A stretch of DNA of 64,000 nucleotides from an uncultured Chloroflexia bacterium (GCA_963700285.1 CAVOXA010000010.1:160001-224000), one strand, 5' to 3'. Positions 1 to 10,630 are shown, counted from the first letter of the stretch. Notes: generated by a model not told the origin, from the sequence alone. Numbers and translations: made by a program.

Positions 1-2321
1 GGGATGACCCGCGCCATCGACGCCGCCCGCTGCCACAGGGCAAAACCTTCTTCGTAGACCTCACGCGCTTTGCGAAAATCAAAGGCATTGTGATGGGTAA
101 GGCCCAAACTCATCAACGTCCGAGCAGCCCGTCCATCGTCCTCCTGTTCCTGGAGCAGTACCAGCGCCCGCCGGTAGTAGTCGATGGCTTCCCGGTGGGC
201 GTACAGCCCTCGCGCCCGGTCCCCTGCCTGCAGCAGGTAGGCGACCGCCTTCTGCGCCAGTGCCCGGTCCAACTCCCGACCTTGCTCAAAGTGGTAGGCC
301 AGCTCGCCGGCCAACGCCTCCGTCTGAGTAGTGCCGTAGAGGCGCTCCATTGCCGCGCCGGCCCGTCCGTGGGCGTGCTGCCGGCGCCGACGCGGAATCC
401 CAGCATAGACGACCTCCTGGATCTTGTGGTGGGTGAAGGCATAGTCCCGCGTCATGGCGCCCCTGCCCTCATCGAGCAGTCGCCGCCGCAGCAGAACGTC
501 CAATGCCTCCAGAGTCGCCTCCGTACCCCGCCCCCAAACTTCATTGAGCAGGTCGAAATCCAACTCACGACCCAAGATCGCTGCGAGGCACAACACCTCA
601 CGCGCACCGTCATCCAGGCTATCGACCCGGGCCTCGATGGCTTCACTGAGGCTGGTGGGCAGCGGCAGTGCTTCCTCGCTGACCTGGGCAAAGTTGCCTC
701 TCCAACGCCCTTTCTCTAGACGGACAAAGCCTGCCTCAAAGAGGGTTTTGACAATCTCCATCAGAAAGAATGGGTTGCCCTCCGTCTCTCGGAACAGTCG
801 CCTGGCCAGAGGAACGACGGCTTCACCCGCTCCCGACATCTCAACTACCATCGTCTCTACAGCCTCGAGCGCCAGCCGGGGCAGGCGTAACAACAGGGTC
901 CGCCCTTCCTGACTCAGCCTTCTCTGGAGAGCGTGCAGCGGATGTCGCCGTCCCACCGCTTCCGGGCGCAGAGTGACGACCAGCACGATCTTCTGGTCTG
1001 CAAGCTGGCGGGCCAGGTAGTGAAGCAGTTGTAGCGTAGACTCGCTGGCCCAATGCAGATCCTCGACGACCAGGAGAAGCGCCTGGGGCGAAGCCAAGTG
1101 GCTGAGAAGACCGGTCACACCCTCAAAGAGATATGCCTGTTCATGGGTAGAGTCTGCCGTATCTGGTACCTCCAAGCGGGTAGTTTGCTCCAGTATCTCG
1201 GGTACCAGGCGCGCCACCCCGGCGACGATCCGTGGCGCCAAACCTGCCAGTTCCGCTGGCGTTAGGTTGGGCAGAAGCGTATGCAGCGCCTCAGAGATGG
1301 GCTGGTAGGGCAGCAGGCGTTCGAATTCGTAGCAACGTCCCCACAACACTCGGCCGCCCCGCCAGCGCAGTTGCTGGGCTAGCTCTTCGGTCAGACGGGT
1401 CTTGCCCACGCCTGCTTCGCCACAGATGAACACCAGGCTTCCTCGCCCAGATTCAGCCCGTTGCCAGCAGGACTGCAGAAGCTCAGTCTCGCATTCCCTG
1501 CCTACCAGCCTGCTGGGCGCGATGGCATCGAGGGGGTTGCGACCATAAGGTGGGGGGTGGATGCCCCTTCCCCCCACACCCGAGGCTGCCCCTGTAGAGC
1601 GCCCCAAGACGGTACGTCCCTCAAGGATGGCGCGGTAGAGATCGATGGTCTCGACCATCGGTTTCGTACCCAACTCTGCCTGTACCACCTCAAAGCACCG
1701 GTGGTACTGCTCCAGCGCTGCGTTTCGCTGCCCCAACCAGTAATAGACACGCATGGCCAGACGGTGCGCGTCTTCCCGCAGGGGGTCACGCTGCAGCAGC
1801 CGCAGGGCTGTGGACAGCGCTCCACCTTGCTCACCGCTCGCCTCTTGAGAGACCATCAACCGCGCCAGCGCATCGGCATACAGGTACTCGAGGCGGTAGC
1901 GCTCATTGAGGATCCAGTCGTCGTACAGGCCATCCAGAAAATCGCTGCGGTAGAGCGTCACGCCCGACGCGAGGCGATGGGTATCGTTGTAAGCGATCTG
2001 TGACTCGAATTCGGCCACGTCGAGCCAGAGGTTGACTTGAGGATCAAACTGGACGGTGTGAGAATCGCCCAGGATGGCCTCCTCGTCAGGAAGGCAGCGG
2101 CGAATGTGCCATAGGGAATTGGCCAGGGAGTGGCGAGCTTTATGCTCCGGACGGTCTCCCCAGAAAAAGCCTGCCAGCCGCGCGCGTGGCTGGGGCTGGT
2201 GGCGATGGCAGACCAGGTAGGCTAGCAGGGATCGGGACTTGAGCGTGGGCGGCTTGGGCAATGGCTGGTCGCCATAGCGGATGTCCAGCGTGCCCAGGAA
2301 GTAGAATTGCAGCACAGGCAT
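1..2321 (-). CDS. SARP/BTAD-AAA ATPase-TPR transcriptional regulator (AfsR/DnrI-like), 3' end runs off the window
   Basis: Manual translation from ATG 2321: MPVLQFYFLGTLDIRYGDQPLPKPPTLKSRSLLAYL...LWLDVAEFE...YRSDFLDGLYDDWILNER (wHTH+BTAD). Walker A GEAGVGKT near 1400 and TPR-like YLLQAGDRARGLYAHREAIDYY near 240 are in the same frame. Absent from the ORF track, probably because there is no stop in the window. Confidence 0.88.
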   Translation of the reverse strand, partial: MPVLQFYFLGTLDIRYGDQPLPKPPTLKSRSLLAYLVCHRHQPQPRARLAGFFWGDRPEHKARHSLANSLWHIRRCLPDEEAILGDSHTVQFDPQVNLWLDVAEFESQIAYNDTHRLASGVTLYRSDFLDGLYDDWILNERYRLEYLYADALARLMVSQEASGEQGGALSTALRLLQRDPLREDAHRLAMRVYYWLGQRNAALEQYHRCFEVVQAELGTKPMVETIDLYRAILEGRTVLGRSTGAASGVGGRGIHPPPYGRNPLDAIAPSRLVGRECETELLQSCWQRAESGRGSLVFICGEAGVGKTRLTEELAQQLRWRGGRVLWGRCYEFERLLPYQPISEALHTLLPNLTPAELAGLAPRIVAGVARLVPEILEQTTRLEVPDTADSTHEQAYLFEGVTGLLSHLASPQALLLVVEDLHWASESTLQLLHYLARQLADQKIVLVVTLRPEAVGRRHPLHALQRRLSQEGRTLLLRLPRLALEAVETMVVEMSGAGEAVVPLARRLFRETEGNPFFLMEIVKTLFEAGFVRLEKGRWRGNFAQVSEEALPLPTSLSEAIEARVDSLDDGAREVLCLAAILGRELDFDLLNEVWGRGTEATLEALDVLLRRRLLDEGRGAMTRDYAFTHHKIQEVVYAGIPRRRRQHAHGRAGAAMERLYGTTQTEALAGELAYHFEQGRELDRALAQKAVAYLLQAGDRARGLYAHREAIDYYRRALVLLQEQEDDGRAARTLMSLGLTHHNAFDFRKAREVYEEGFALWQRAASMARVI

Positions 2322-2394
2322 TGAAACCACCCCGCACGACGCAAATTCCGGCCATGGGCTAGCTTGAAGGGAATCATTGACAGGCCGCTTTGGT

Positions 2395-2423
2395 ATTATA
2401 ACGGAGAATGCGCGACGGGTCAA
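2395..2423 (-). promoter_or_regulatory. sigma70-type promoter of the SARP regulator
   Basis: Minus strand TTGACC-17 nt-TATAAT about 75 nt upstream of the ATG. Confidence 0.6.
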
Positions 2424-2562
2424 TGAGCGGCCACCACCCACCACCTCGTCGGCCCCGGACGTTCGCTCAGCGTCTCATACATCAACGGTCCGGCGTCACT
2501 GAAACAGGCTGGGACCAGGACAATGGGCCCGCCTACTCTCGAGTGCCTTTGCGAACCCCTTC

Positions 2563-3591
2563 TCACCATCGCCCTTTGCGAGCAACCACCTTGCGCACAG
2601 CCTCGGCGATGTGCGGCGCCGTCAGACCATATTTGTCTATGACCTCCAAATAGGGCCCCGACTCGGCAAAGGTATCGCGGACCCCAATACGCTCCATCGG
2701 GATCGGCAGGTTTTCTACCAGGACTTCGGCCACCGCACTGCCCAACCCACCAAAGATGACATTGTTCTCGGCGGTGACGATGGCGCCCGTCTCACGAGCC
2801 GCCTGAAGGATGGTGCCCTCATCCAGCGGCTTCAGCGTGTGGCAGTCGATGACACGCACACTCAGCCCCTCGCCAGCCAGACGCTCGGCAGCAACCAAGG
2901 CATGGGCCACCAGATCGCGCAGGGCGACGATGGTGACGTCTGTACCATCCCGGATCACCACCGCTTTGCCGATCTCGTAGGGATAATCTTCCGTATACAG
3001 CACCGGAACCGGATCGCGGGTGAAGCTGATATAGACCGGCCCCTCCCAATCCACCATGGCCCAGATGGCCATCTTGGTCGTGACCGAGTCCGAGGGCACG
3101 ATGACGGTCGAGTTGGCGATGGATCGCAGGATGGACAGATCCTCCTGCCCCTGGTGAGTCACACCATCGGGCCCGGGCGTGATCCCACCGTGGCTGGCGG
3201 CGATCTTGACATTCAGGCGCGGATAGTGAATGCTGTTGCGAATCTGGTCCAGGGCCCGCAGGCTGGCGAAAACGGCGTAGGTTGAAACAAAGGGAATCAG
3301 GCCGGTTGTGGCCATCCCCGCAGCCGCGGCCATCATGTTCTGCTCGGCCACACCAAAATTGAACCATCTTTCCGGGTACTTTGCACCAAAGCGCCAGGTC
3401 TTGATCGATTTAGCCACGTCGGCGTCGAGCAGAACCACATCCTTGTTCTGTTCCCCGACTTCCAGGATGACCTCGGCGTAGGCATAGCGGGTCGGCTGCC
3501 TCTCCACGCCTGCAAAGGGATCGTCCAAAGGCAGTCTCTCGACAATCTCCGGGCGGACATGGTGGTAAGGCGATGCAGTAGCGTCCATCAT
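2563..3591 (-). CDS. transketolase, C-terminal (pyrimidine-binding) subunit
   Basis: FNFGVAEQNM, GPDGVTHQ and GGLGSAVAE motifs; overlaps the N-terminal subunit gene. Confidence 0.93.
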   Translation of the reverse strand: MMDATASPYHHVRPEIVERLPLDDPFAGVERQPTRYAYAEVILEVGEQNKDVVLLDADVAKSIKTWRFGAKYPERWFNFGVAEQNMMAAAAGMATTGLIPFVSTYAVFASLRALDQIRNSIHYPRLNVKIAASHGGITPGPDGVTHQGQEDLSILRSIANSTVIVPSDSVTTKMAIWAMVDWEGPVYISFTRDPVPVLYTEDYPYEIGKAVVIRDGTDVTIVALRDLVAHALVAAERLAGEGLSVRVIDCHTLKPLDEGTILQAARETGAIVTAENNVIFGGLGSAVAEVLVENLPIPMERIGVRDTFAESGPYLEVIDKYGLTAPHIAEAVRKVVARKGRW

Positions 3592-4430
3592 TCTGTCCCT
3601 CCCCGAATCTCTTGCAGTGCCTGTACAGCTTCTTCGTCACAGGGCGCTGCGCCATGCCACTTGGGCTGGTTCTCCATGAAGGATACGCCCTTGCCCTTGA
3701 CCGTATGGGCGATGATGGCTGTGGGGATACCCTTGATCGTCTTGGCCTTCTCCAGGGCCTCCACCACTTGGGACATATCGTGTCCGTCGATCTCGATCAC
3801 GTTCCAGCTAAATGCCCTCCACTTGTCTGGCAGGGGGTCTACGGGCATCACATCATCGACAAAAGTGTCATTCTGCAGCCCGTTCTTGTCGACGATAACG
3901 GTCAGATTATCCAGCTTCCACTTGGCGCCGGACATGGCGGCCTCCCAGATCGCCCCCTCCTGCGATTCACCGTCGCCAACCATGACCCAGACGTGGTAGC
4001 CCTTTTTACGCAGCTTGCCGCTCAGCGCCATGCCGATGCCGGCCGAAAAGCCCTGGCCCAGCGAGCCCACCGTCATGTCCACCCCCGGCGTCTTGCGCAT
4101 GTCGGCATGCCCCTGCAGAATGCTGTTCAGCTTGCGCAAGGTCTTGAGATGCGCCTTGTCATAGAAGCCCCGCTCGGCCAGCGCAGCATACCATACCGGG
4201 CAAGCGTGACCCTTGGACAGGATAAAGCGGTCCCGATCCGGCCAGTCCGGGTTCCCGGGATCGACGTTCATCAGCCGAAAATAAAGAGCAGTGACAATGT
4301 CCGCGGCCGACAGCGAGCCGCCCGGATGTCCGGCATTTGCCTCGTGGATCATGTTGATGATGTCACAGCGGATCGTGGCGGCCATCGTCTCTAGTTCTTC
4401 AACCGACATGGGAATCTGCTCATTGACCAT
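3588..4430 (-). CDS. transketolase, N-terminal (TPP-binding) subunit
   Basis: GHPGGSLS, RDRFILSKGH and GDGE...EG..WEA TPP motif; likely start MVNEQ at 4430. Confidence 0.93.
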   Translation of the reverse strand: MVNEQIPMSVEELETMAATIRCDIINMIHEANAGHPGGSLSAADIVTALYFRLMNVDPGNPDWPDRDRFILSKGHACPVWYAALAERGFYDKAHLKTLRKLNSILQGHADMRKTPGVDMTVGSLGQGFSAGIGMALSGKLRKKGYHVWVMVGDGESQEGAIWEAAMSGAKWKLDNLTVIVDKNGLQNDTFVDDVMPVDPLPDKWRAFSWNVIEIDGHDMSQVVEALEKAKTIKGIPTAIIAHTVKGKGVSFMENQPKWHGAAPCDEEAVQALQEIRGGTE

Positions 4431-4597
4431 AAGCGCTCCTACCAAACCTCCGTTGTGGCTTGCAGGTTAGGAAAAGGAAAGGACGACACAGGTGATACGC
4501 ATATTGCCCGCAGGCGCAGATCTTTTTGCACAACCACATACGGATATAGCACAGGATAGGGAGACTGTCAAGGTCTCAATCGTGAGATCGTGTCCTG

Positions 4598-4626
4598 TTG
4601 TCAACTACCGGTTTTTGCAGTATAAT
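4598..4626 (+). promoter_or_regulatory. sigma70-type promoter of the TspO-like gene
   Basis: TTGTCA-17 nt-TATAAT; RBS AAGGAG before ATG 4690. Confidence 0.55.
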
Positions 4627-4689
4627 GGTAGCAATCAAGACCCCTGCCTTATCGCTGAGGCGGCCGCATAGAGAAAGGAGACTTTGCAG

Positions 4690-5493
4690 ATGAAAGACAT
4701 TCTACGACAGGTACTCGTTCTACTATCCACCATTGGCGTCCTTGTGACCAACGGTCTGGCCAGTACCCTGCCCCTCAACAACCAGACCACGGGCCAGATC
4801 TCGGACCGTTTCGACGTTTATTTCGTGCCGGCGGGATACGTTTTCGCCATCTGGGGCCTGATCTACCTGGCTCTCATCGCCTATTCGCTCTACCAATTGC
4901 TGCCCTCCCAGCGGGAGAATCCGAGGCAGCGCAGCACGGGCTGGCTCTACGTTCTGAGCTGCATCGCCAACATCACCTGGCTTTTTCTCTGGCACTATGA
5001 ATACTTTGCCCTCACATTGGTGGCCATGGTAGCGCTGTTGCTGCTGCTCATCGCCATCTACCTGCGCCTGGGCACCGGCCGCACGCGCGTTCCAACCACC
5101 GAAACCTGGCTCCTTCGCGTACCCTTTAGCATCTACTTGGGCTGGATCACGGTGGCAACCATCGCCAACGCGACATCCCTGCTGGACTATTTGGGTTGGA
5201 ACGGTTGGCTCCTGAGCCCGGAGGCATGGGCAGCCATCATGCTGGTCGCGGCAGCGCTCATCGCTTCAGCAGTCAGCCTCACCCGGGGCGATATTGCCTA
5301 CGTCCTGGTGATCGTCTGGGCCTATGTCGGCATTGCTATCAAGCACAGCGGCACCCCGCTCGTAGTCATCCTGGCCGGGTTCCTGGCTGGCTTTGTATTG
5401 GCGACGCTGCTGCTGGGTGTGCCCCTGGCTGGGGGGAGGCAAGCGCCCCAACCCTCGGGCGCTGAGGGGCAAGACACCCGAGACCGCTGGTAA
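4690..5493 (+). CDS. TspO/MBR-related tryptophan-rich membrane protein
   Basis: FVPAGYVFAIWGLIY and PFSIYLGWITVATIAN motifs; several TM helices. Confidence 0.75.
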   Translation: MKDILRQVLVLLSTIGVLVTNGLASTLPLNNQTTGQISDRFDVYFVPAGYVFAIWGLIYLALIAYSLYQLLPSQRENPRQRSTGWLYVLSCIANITWLFLWHYEYFALTLVAMVALLLLLIAIYLRLGTGRTRVPTTETWLLRVPFSIYLGWITVATIANATSLLDYLGWNGWLLSPEAWAAIMLVAAALIASAVSLTRGDIAYVLVIVWAYVGIAIKHSGTPLVVILAGFLAGFVLATLLLGVPLAGGRQAPQPSGAEGQDTRDRW

Positions 5494-5505
5494 GCCGGGC
5501 CGCAT

Positions 5506-6816
5506 ATGGGCAAGGGCCTTCGCTGGTCACTGTTGCTCCTGGCCGGACTCTTGCTTCTGGGCCTATTCTGGTTTGGTTACAGTGCAGATCCCCAGATAAC
5601 TGCCCTGCGCAACATTGCCAGCTACAAGGTCGTCAAAGCAATCGGCGGGCCGTGGGACCGCACCGGAAAACCGGCCGGCGCCATCGCCGGCCGGGTCCGC
5701 GATGCAGGCGGTGAGCCGGTTCCTGGCGCCGTGGTGCTTGTCTCCTCGCCGCTGGGCCGCAGCTATTCGGCCGATACTGGCCCGGATGGCCAGTACCGTA
5801 TCGACGGTGTATCGCCGGGCCGCTACGTACCGGTCGCTGGCAAACGCGGTTATGACGATGCACTCAACCAGACCTGCCTGGCCGGACTCTGCTACAAGCA
5901 CGGCGTGACCGTCCAGCCAGGCAAAGCCACCGATGGCTACGATCTTGTTTTGGCCCCCGCGCACCCGCCGGAGATTCGTGTGGACAGTTCGCTGGTCGTC
6001 AGTCCCACAACAACCATAACCGTACAAGCTCCCATCCCCAGTTCAGCGCAGCGGACCCGCTTTAGCTTCGAACGAGCTGGCTTGTGGGTGAACGACTGCT
6101 ACCTCTATGAACCATTGGAGGAGGGCGGATCATTCCCGGTCATGTTGCTGGTCTTACCGGGGCCTGTGCTCAGTTGGGAGATCATCCCTGTTCCCTTTGC
6201 CGCCGAGGGATTCAGTGTCCTGGCCTGCTATCCGCTGCGCGGCATCGACCTCGATGAGGATGCGGCCGACCTGCTGACGGCCGTGGAATACCTGCGCCAG
6301 GGGCAGCTGCCTTCTCGCGCCGATCCGGAGCGCCTGGCCCTGGTCGCCGCCAGCTTTACTTCGCTGCACGCCTATCGCCTGCTGGGCTTGACGGATCAGG
6401 TAGACGTAGCCTTGGTGCTCGGCGGCATGGCCGATGGTTTCGCCTTCCACCACGATCTGGAGACGGGTGCGGCCCAGACCCGTCCACCTTTCGGTCAACT
6501 GCACATGGCTCTGGGCCTTCCAGACCGCTCGCCGGAACAGTACTTCAAGTACAGCATTGCCTATCATCTGGAGGGCCTGCCGCCCGCCTGCTTGCTCCAC
6601 GGCACGGCCGATGAACTGGTGCCCCTCTCCCAGAGCGTGCAGTTTGCTGAGGAGCTGGAGCACTGGGGGCTGCCCCACGAACTCTACACCTACGAGGGCC
6701 TATCGCACTACTTTGTGCAAGTTGCTGACGATGCCACTACACTGCAGATGTTCCAGGACGCGCTGGATTGCCTGCGCGGATTCTTGCCCGGGGAGGCGGA
6801 TCAATCAGGACCGTGA
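5506..6816 (+). CDS. exported/membrane-anchored protein: carboxypeptidase-regulatory-like domain + alpha/beta hydrolase
   Basis: N-terminal hydrophobic segment; IAGRVRDAGGEPVPGAVV...GQYRIDGVSPGRY beta-sandwich; LHGTADELVP and YEGLSHYF (Asp/His of the triad). Confidence 0.7.
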   Translation: MGKGLRWSLLLLAGLLLLGLFWFGYSADPQITALRNIASYKVVKAIGGPWDRTGKPAGAIAGRVRDAGGEPVPGAVVLVSSPLGRSYSADTGPDGQYRIDGVSPGRYVPVAGKRGYDDALNQTCLAGLCYKHGVTVQPGKATDGYDLVLAPAHPPEIRVDSSLVVSPTTTITVQAPIPSSAQRTRFSFERAGLWVNDCYLYEPLEEGGSFPVMLLVLPGPVLSWEIIPVPFAAEGFSVLACYPLRGIDLDEDAADLLTAVEYLRQGQLPSRADPERLALVAASFTSLHAYRLLGLTDQVDVALVLGGMADGFAFHHDLETGAAQTRPPFGQLHMALGLPDRSPEQYFKYSIAYHLEGLPPACLLHGTADELVPLSQSVQFAEELEHWGLPHELYTYEGLSHYFVQVADDATTLQMFQDALDCLRGFLPGEADQSGP

Positions 6817-6910
6817 CATACGGAGTCTGTTGGTTGCCCCCAATTGCACCAATCTTCCTAGCCCATCCCGAAATCTTTAGGTCTCTAGATTGTTGCCGTC
6901 GATCGCAACC

Positions 6911-9235
6911 CTACAGGCCCAGCGCCCTATGGCACGCAGTCTCGCCTTTGCCCGGCTGCAAGTCATGGCCCAGCAAAACCCGCTCAAGCGTGAGAGGAAG
7001 CTGGTGATGGCGGATGCCGGTCGCGTGAAATACCGCGTTGGCCAGGGCTGGAGCCGTCCCAACAAGAACTGGCTCGGCCAAGTTCTTGGCTCCATATGGC
7101 CCCTCCGGAAAATTGGTCTCGATGAACGTTGCCTCGATCTCTGGCACGTCTAACGCCGTCGGGATCAGGTAGGTGTCATAGTTCAGTGACTGGGGATAGC
7201 CGTCTTGGTAGTTCATCTCCTCCAGCAAACCATAGCCCATTCCCTGGGCGATACCTCCGTACATCTGACCATAGGCACCCTGAGGATAGATAATCGTGCC
7301 GCCGTCGTGGGCTGCCCAGACTTTGGACACCGTAACCTGTCCGATAGGCAGATCAACTTCAACTTCGACCACATGCGCTCCAAAAGTATAGCAGTAGTAA
7401 GGGGTACCGGTGCCGGTCTCTTCATGCCACTCGATGTGAGGCATGCTCCATTTGCCCTGCACTGACAAGGTCAGCCCCATCTGACGCGCCCTGTCCACGA
7501 CTTGCTCAAAGGGCAGTTCATCTTCGTCAGGATTGACGTACAGCTCGCCATGGCGAGTCACTTGAGCTGGAGTACAATCGAGGGCATCAGCGGCGGCATA
7601 GCGCAACAGCCTGTCCAACTTTTCGGCTGCAACCCGAGCAGCGTTGCCGCCCAACATGGAAGCTCGCGAGGCAACTGTGGGTCCTGATTCGATGGCCGTA
7701 TCGGTGTCTGGCCTCAGAACGCGGATGCGAGCCGGTTCCACACCCAGAGTTTCGGCCGCGATCAAGGCAAAGACAGTACGACTACCTTGACCATAGTCGG
7801 TCAAGCCCGAGGTCAAGGTGACGCGGCAATCGTCCCCAATTCGCAGCGTTGTGTTGGCATAATCTGCACCTTCACCGCCCAAACTGCTGCCATGCATGTA
7901 GCAAGCGACTCCAATGCCCTTTCGCACCTCGCCTCTCAACAATGGAAACTCCCTGCGCTTGCGTTTCCAGTCAGACTTGTCCCGCACCCACTCGAGGCAT
8001 TCGGCCAGCTTGACCTCATGGTCGACGACGTTGCCCGACATAAAGCGGTCGCCTTGCCGGACACAGTTTTGCAGTCGAAAATCAATGGGATCGCGGTCCA
8101 ATCTGTGGGCCAGGTCATCCATAGCCTGTTCCACCGCGGCGGCGGCATCTGTGTTGCCAAACCCACGAAAAGCGCCACAGAAGCCGTTGTTGGTATAGAC
8201 CGTGGTTGTATCGACGTGAACCGCCTGGTACCGGTAAGCACCAGCGGCATGCAAAGATGCCCTGAGCATGGCCAATGTTGTCATAGAGCTGTAGCAGCCA
8301 CTGTCGGCCAGCATGTCGACTTTTGCTGCCTGCAAGTTGCCATCTTGATCGGCGCCGATGCGAAACTGGATCGACATCGGCTCGCGCTTGTACGAGGCCA
8401 TCATCGATTCCTCTCGACCCAGCACCAGCCTGACCGGTCGCCCTGACTTGAGAGCCAGCGCCGCTACCTGCCCCGATGTTTGGTAGCCAACATCATCCTT
8501 CCCGCCAAAAGAGCCGCCAACCTGGGGCGTGATGATGCGCACTTTTTCAGAAGGCAGTCCCAACACAGTGCACATATGCGTGTGGTTGATAAAGGGGCTC
8601 TGCCCATTATACCGTATGGTGACACTGCCATCAGGATGGGGAATGGCCAACGCTGCCTCAGGTTCCAGGTATGCGTGCTCTTGACGGCCGGTACGGAAAG
8701 TTTCTTCGTACAGCACAGGGCTTTGCTCCAGTATGGGTTCCGGATCCCCATAGCGGACGATATGCTTCGCGCAAAAGTTGCCCTGTTCAGAAACAGGAAC
8801 GAGCGGGACCTGGGGCGCGTCCGGTGCCAGGGCCTGTTCCGGATCAAAGACGCCGGGCAGCTCTTCCAGCTCCAACTCGATGGCATCGACCCCGGCCCGG
8901 GCCGCGGCCGCCGTCTCCGCGGCGACTGCGGCAATCGCATTGCCCACATAGAGCACCTTCTGGTAGGCCAGTACATACTGGTCCTTGATGGGCCAGCCCC
9001 ACAGACTGTGCTCCACAAAGTCGTCCGAGGTAATGACAGCTACCACGCCTGGCACTTGCAGGGCTGGTTCGACATCCAAACGCACGATTTTGGCATGAGG
9101 CACCGGGCTGCGCAGCACCTTTGTATGGAGCATGTCGGGCAGCTGAATATCACCCACATACCGGATTGTGCCCATCATCTTTTCCAGACCATCGACACCA
9201 TCAGCGGGCCGGCCTACGTACTTGAGCGTCGTCAT
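6911..9235 (-). CDS. xanthine dehydrogenase-family molybdopterin-binding subunit
   Basis: QEHAYLEP, GGSFGGK, AFRGFG, GPTVASR and GAKNLAEP motifs; start MTTLKY at 9235 overlaps the upstream stop. Confidence 0.93.
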   Translation of the reverse strand: MTTLKYVGRPADGVDGLEKMMGTIRYVGDIQLPDMLHTKVLRSPVPHAKIVRLDVEPALQVPGVVAVITSDDFVEHSLWGWPIKDQYVLAYQKVLYVGNAIAAVAAETAAAARAGVDAIELELEELPGVFDPEQALAPDAPQVPLVPVSEQGNFCAKHIVRYGDPEPILEQSPVLYEETFRTGRQEHAYLEPEAALAIPHPDGSVTIRYNGQSPFINHTHMCTVLGLPSEKVRIITPQVGGSFGGKDDVGYQTSGQVAALALKSGRPVRLVLGREESMMASYKREPMSIQFRIGADQDGNLQAAKVDMLADSGCYSSMTTLAMLRASLHAAGAYRYQAVHVDTTTVYTNNGFCGAFRGFGNTDAAAAVEQAMDDLAHRLDRDPIDFRLQNCVRQGDRFMSGNVVDHEVKLAECLEWVRDKSDWKRKRREFPLLRGEVRKGIGVACYMHGSSLGGEGADYANTTLRIGDDCRVTLTSGLTDYGQGSRTVFALIAAETLGVEPARIRVLRPDTDTAIESGPTVASRASMLGGNAARVAAEKLDRLLRYAAADALDCTPAQVTRHGELYVNPDEDELPFEQVVDRARQMGLTLSVQGKWSMPHIEWHEETGTGTPYYCYTFGAHVVEVEVDLPIGQVTVSKVWAAHDGGTIIYPQGAYGQMYGGIAQGMGYGLLEEMNYQDGYPQSLNYDTYLIPTALDVPEIEATFIETNFPEGPYGAKNLAEPVLVGTAPALANAVFHATGIRHHQLPLTLERVLLGHDLQPGKGETACHRALGL

Positions 9236-9717
9236 ACTTCCCTCCTGCCACCGGCCCGCCGCCGGGCTGCGGTTGTCTCCACGGCGTCGACAATCTGTTG
9301 ATAGCCAGTGCACCGGCACAGGGTGCCAGAAATCCCATCCCGTATCTCCTCACGGGTGGGATGCTTGTTCTGCGCCAAAAACGCCTCGGCGGCCATAATC
9401 ATGCCCGGCGTACAATAGCCGCACTGCACAGCACCGAATTCCTGAAAGGCCAGTTGTAGGTCATTCGGTCCACCATCGGCGCCACGAATCCCCTCGATGG
9501 TCGTCACGGCTCGGTCGCCGACCTGGGGCGCCAGAAGCTGGCACGAGTTTACGACTTGGCCGTCCAGTAGCACCGCGCAGGCACCACATTCGCCCACCTC
9601 ACAGCCTGGTTTGGGGCCGGTCAGGCCCAAGTATTCTCTCAGGAGTTGAAGCAAGCTGATACTGGCTGGCGCCTCCACTTCCACCGGGTTGCCGTTCAAC
9701 GTGAAACTTATCTTCAT
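9232..9717 (-). CDS. xanthine dehydrogenase-family 2x[2Fe-2S] subunit
   Basis: GCEVGECGAC, QCGYCTPG and LCRCTGY. Confidence 0.95.
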   Translation of the reverse strand: MKISFTLNGNPVEVEAPASISLLQLLREYLGLTGPKPGCEVGECGACAVLLDGQVVNSCQLLAPQVGDRAVTTIEGIRGADGGPNDLQLAFQEFGAVQCGYCTPGMIMAAEAFLAQNKHPTREEIRDGISGTLCRCTGYQQIVDAVETTAARRRAGGRREV

Positions 9718-10568
9718 GCTTGCAGTACCTCATTCAATGCGCGCACGGTGAGCGCCGCGATGGCCCGTTCCTTGTATGGCGCCGACCAGCGCCCTCCTGA
9801 TTCTGCCATGAATAGCTCAGCCATGCGCTGCCCCGCCGCCTGTATCCGTTGTGCGGAAGGTCGTTGGCCCCAGAGCATCTCTTCGACGGCGGTTGCTCGC
9901 TGGAACCGGGCAAAGGCTGCTCCGGGCACCAGCCGAATCAGGACAACCTGGTTTTTGTTATCCAGCATGCCCATGGCCGCTACCGAAAGCCGGGCGATCG
10001 ACATTGCCCGGCGGCGGCCGATGCGCTGAAAGGCCGATCGGCTCCCTGCCGGCGCTACATCGAAAACGAACGCTTCGACCAAGCTGTCGCTGGAAAGCCC
10101 AGTTCGGTTCACACCGGTGACTAGATCGGCCACGGGAACCAGGTTCTCACCTGAACCGCTGACCACGACAGCACTGGCGCCCATGCAGACCAACGCTGGC
10201 AGCGTGTCGGCGCAGGCCGCTGCATTGACGACGTTTCCGCCTACGGTGGCAATGTTGCGGATCTGGGGGCTGCCGATTTGGCGACAAGCCTGGACCAGGA
10301 GAGGCGCCCTTTCCTGCAATCCTGGGTGGGCTGCGACCTCGGCGTGGGTTACCGCTGCGCCGATACGCACCTCGCCATCAACTTGGATGGCCCGAAGCTC
10401 CGGAACGTGTCCCACGTCCACCACTCTGTCACAGGAGCTCTCGCCGCTACGGAATTGGTTGACCAAGTCGGTGCCTCCAGCCAGAATGCGGCTTCTCAGG
10501 CCGGGCTCGCCGAGATAATCCACGGCCTCACGCAGGCTATGCGCACGTACGTACTCGAAATCTCCCAT
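9714..10568 (-). CDS. xanthine dehydrogenase-family FAD-binding subunit
   Basis: LAGGTDL and IGSPQIRNIATVGGN. Confidence 0.93.
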   Translation of the reverse strand: MGDFEYVRAHSLREAVDYLGEPGLRSRILAGGTDLVNQFRSGESSCDRVVDVGHVPELRAIQVDGEVRIGAAVTHAEVAAHPGLQERAPLLVQACRQIGSPQIRNIATVGGNVVNAAACADTLPALVCMGASAVVVSGSGENLVPVADLVTGVNRTGLSSDSLVEAFVFDVAPAGSRSAFQRIGRRRAMSIARLSVAAMGMLDNKNQVVLIRLVPGAAFARFQRATAVEEMLWGQRPSAQRIQAAGQRMAELFMAESGGRWSAPYKERAIAALTVRALNEVLQA

Positions 10569-10630
10569 ACTTTGATCTCCCTATTAACCGGAAGGCTGCA
10601 CAAGTGGCGGCTCACGGTCGATGAATAACA

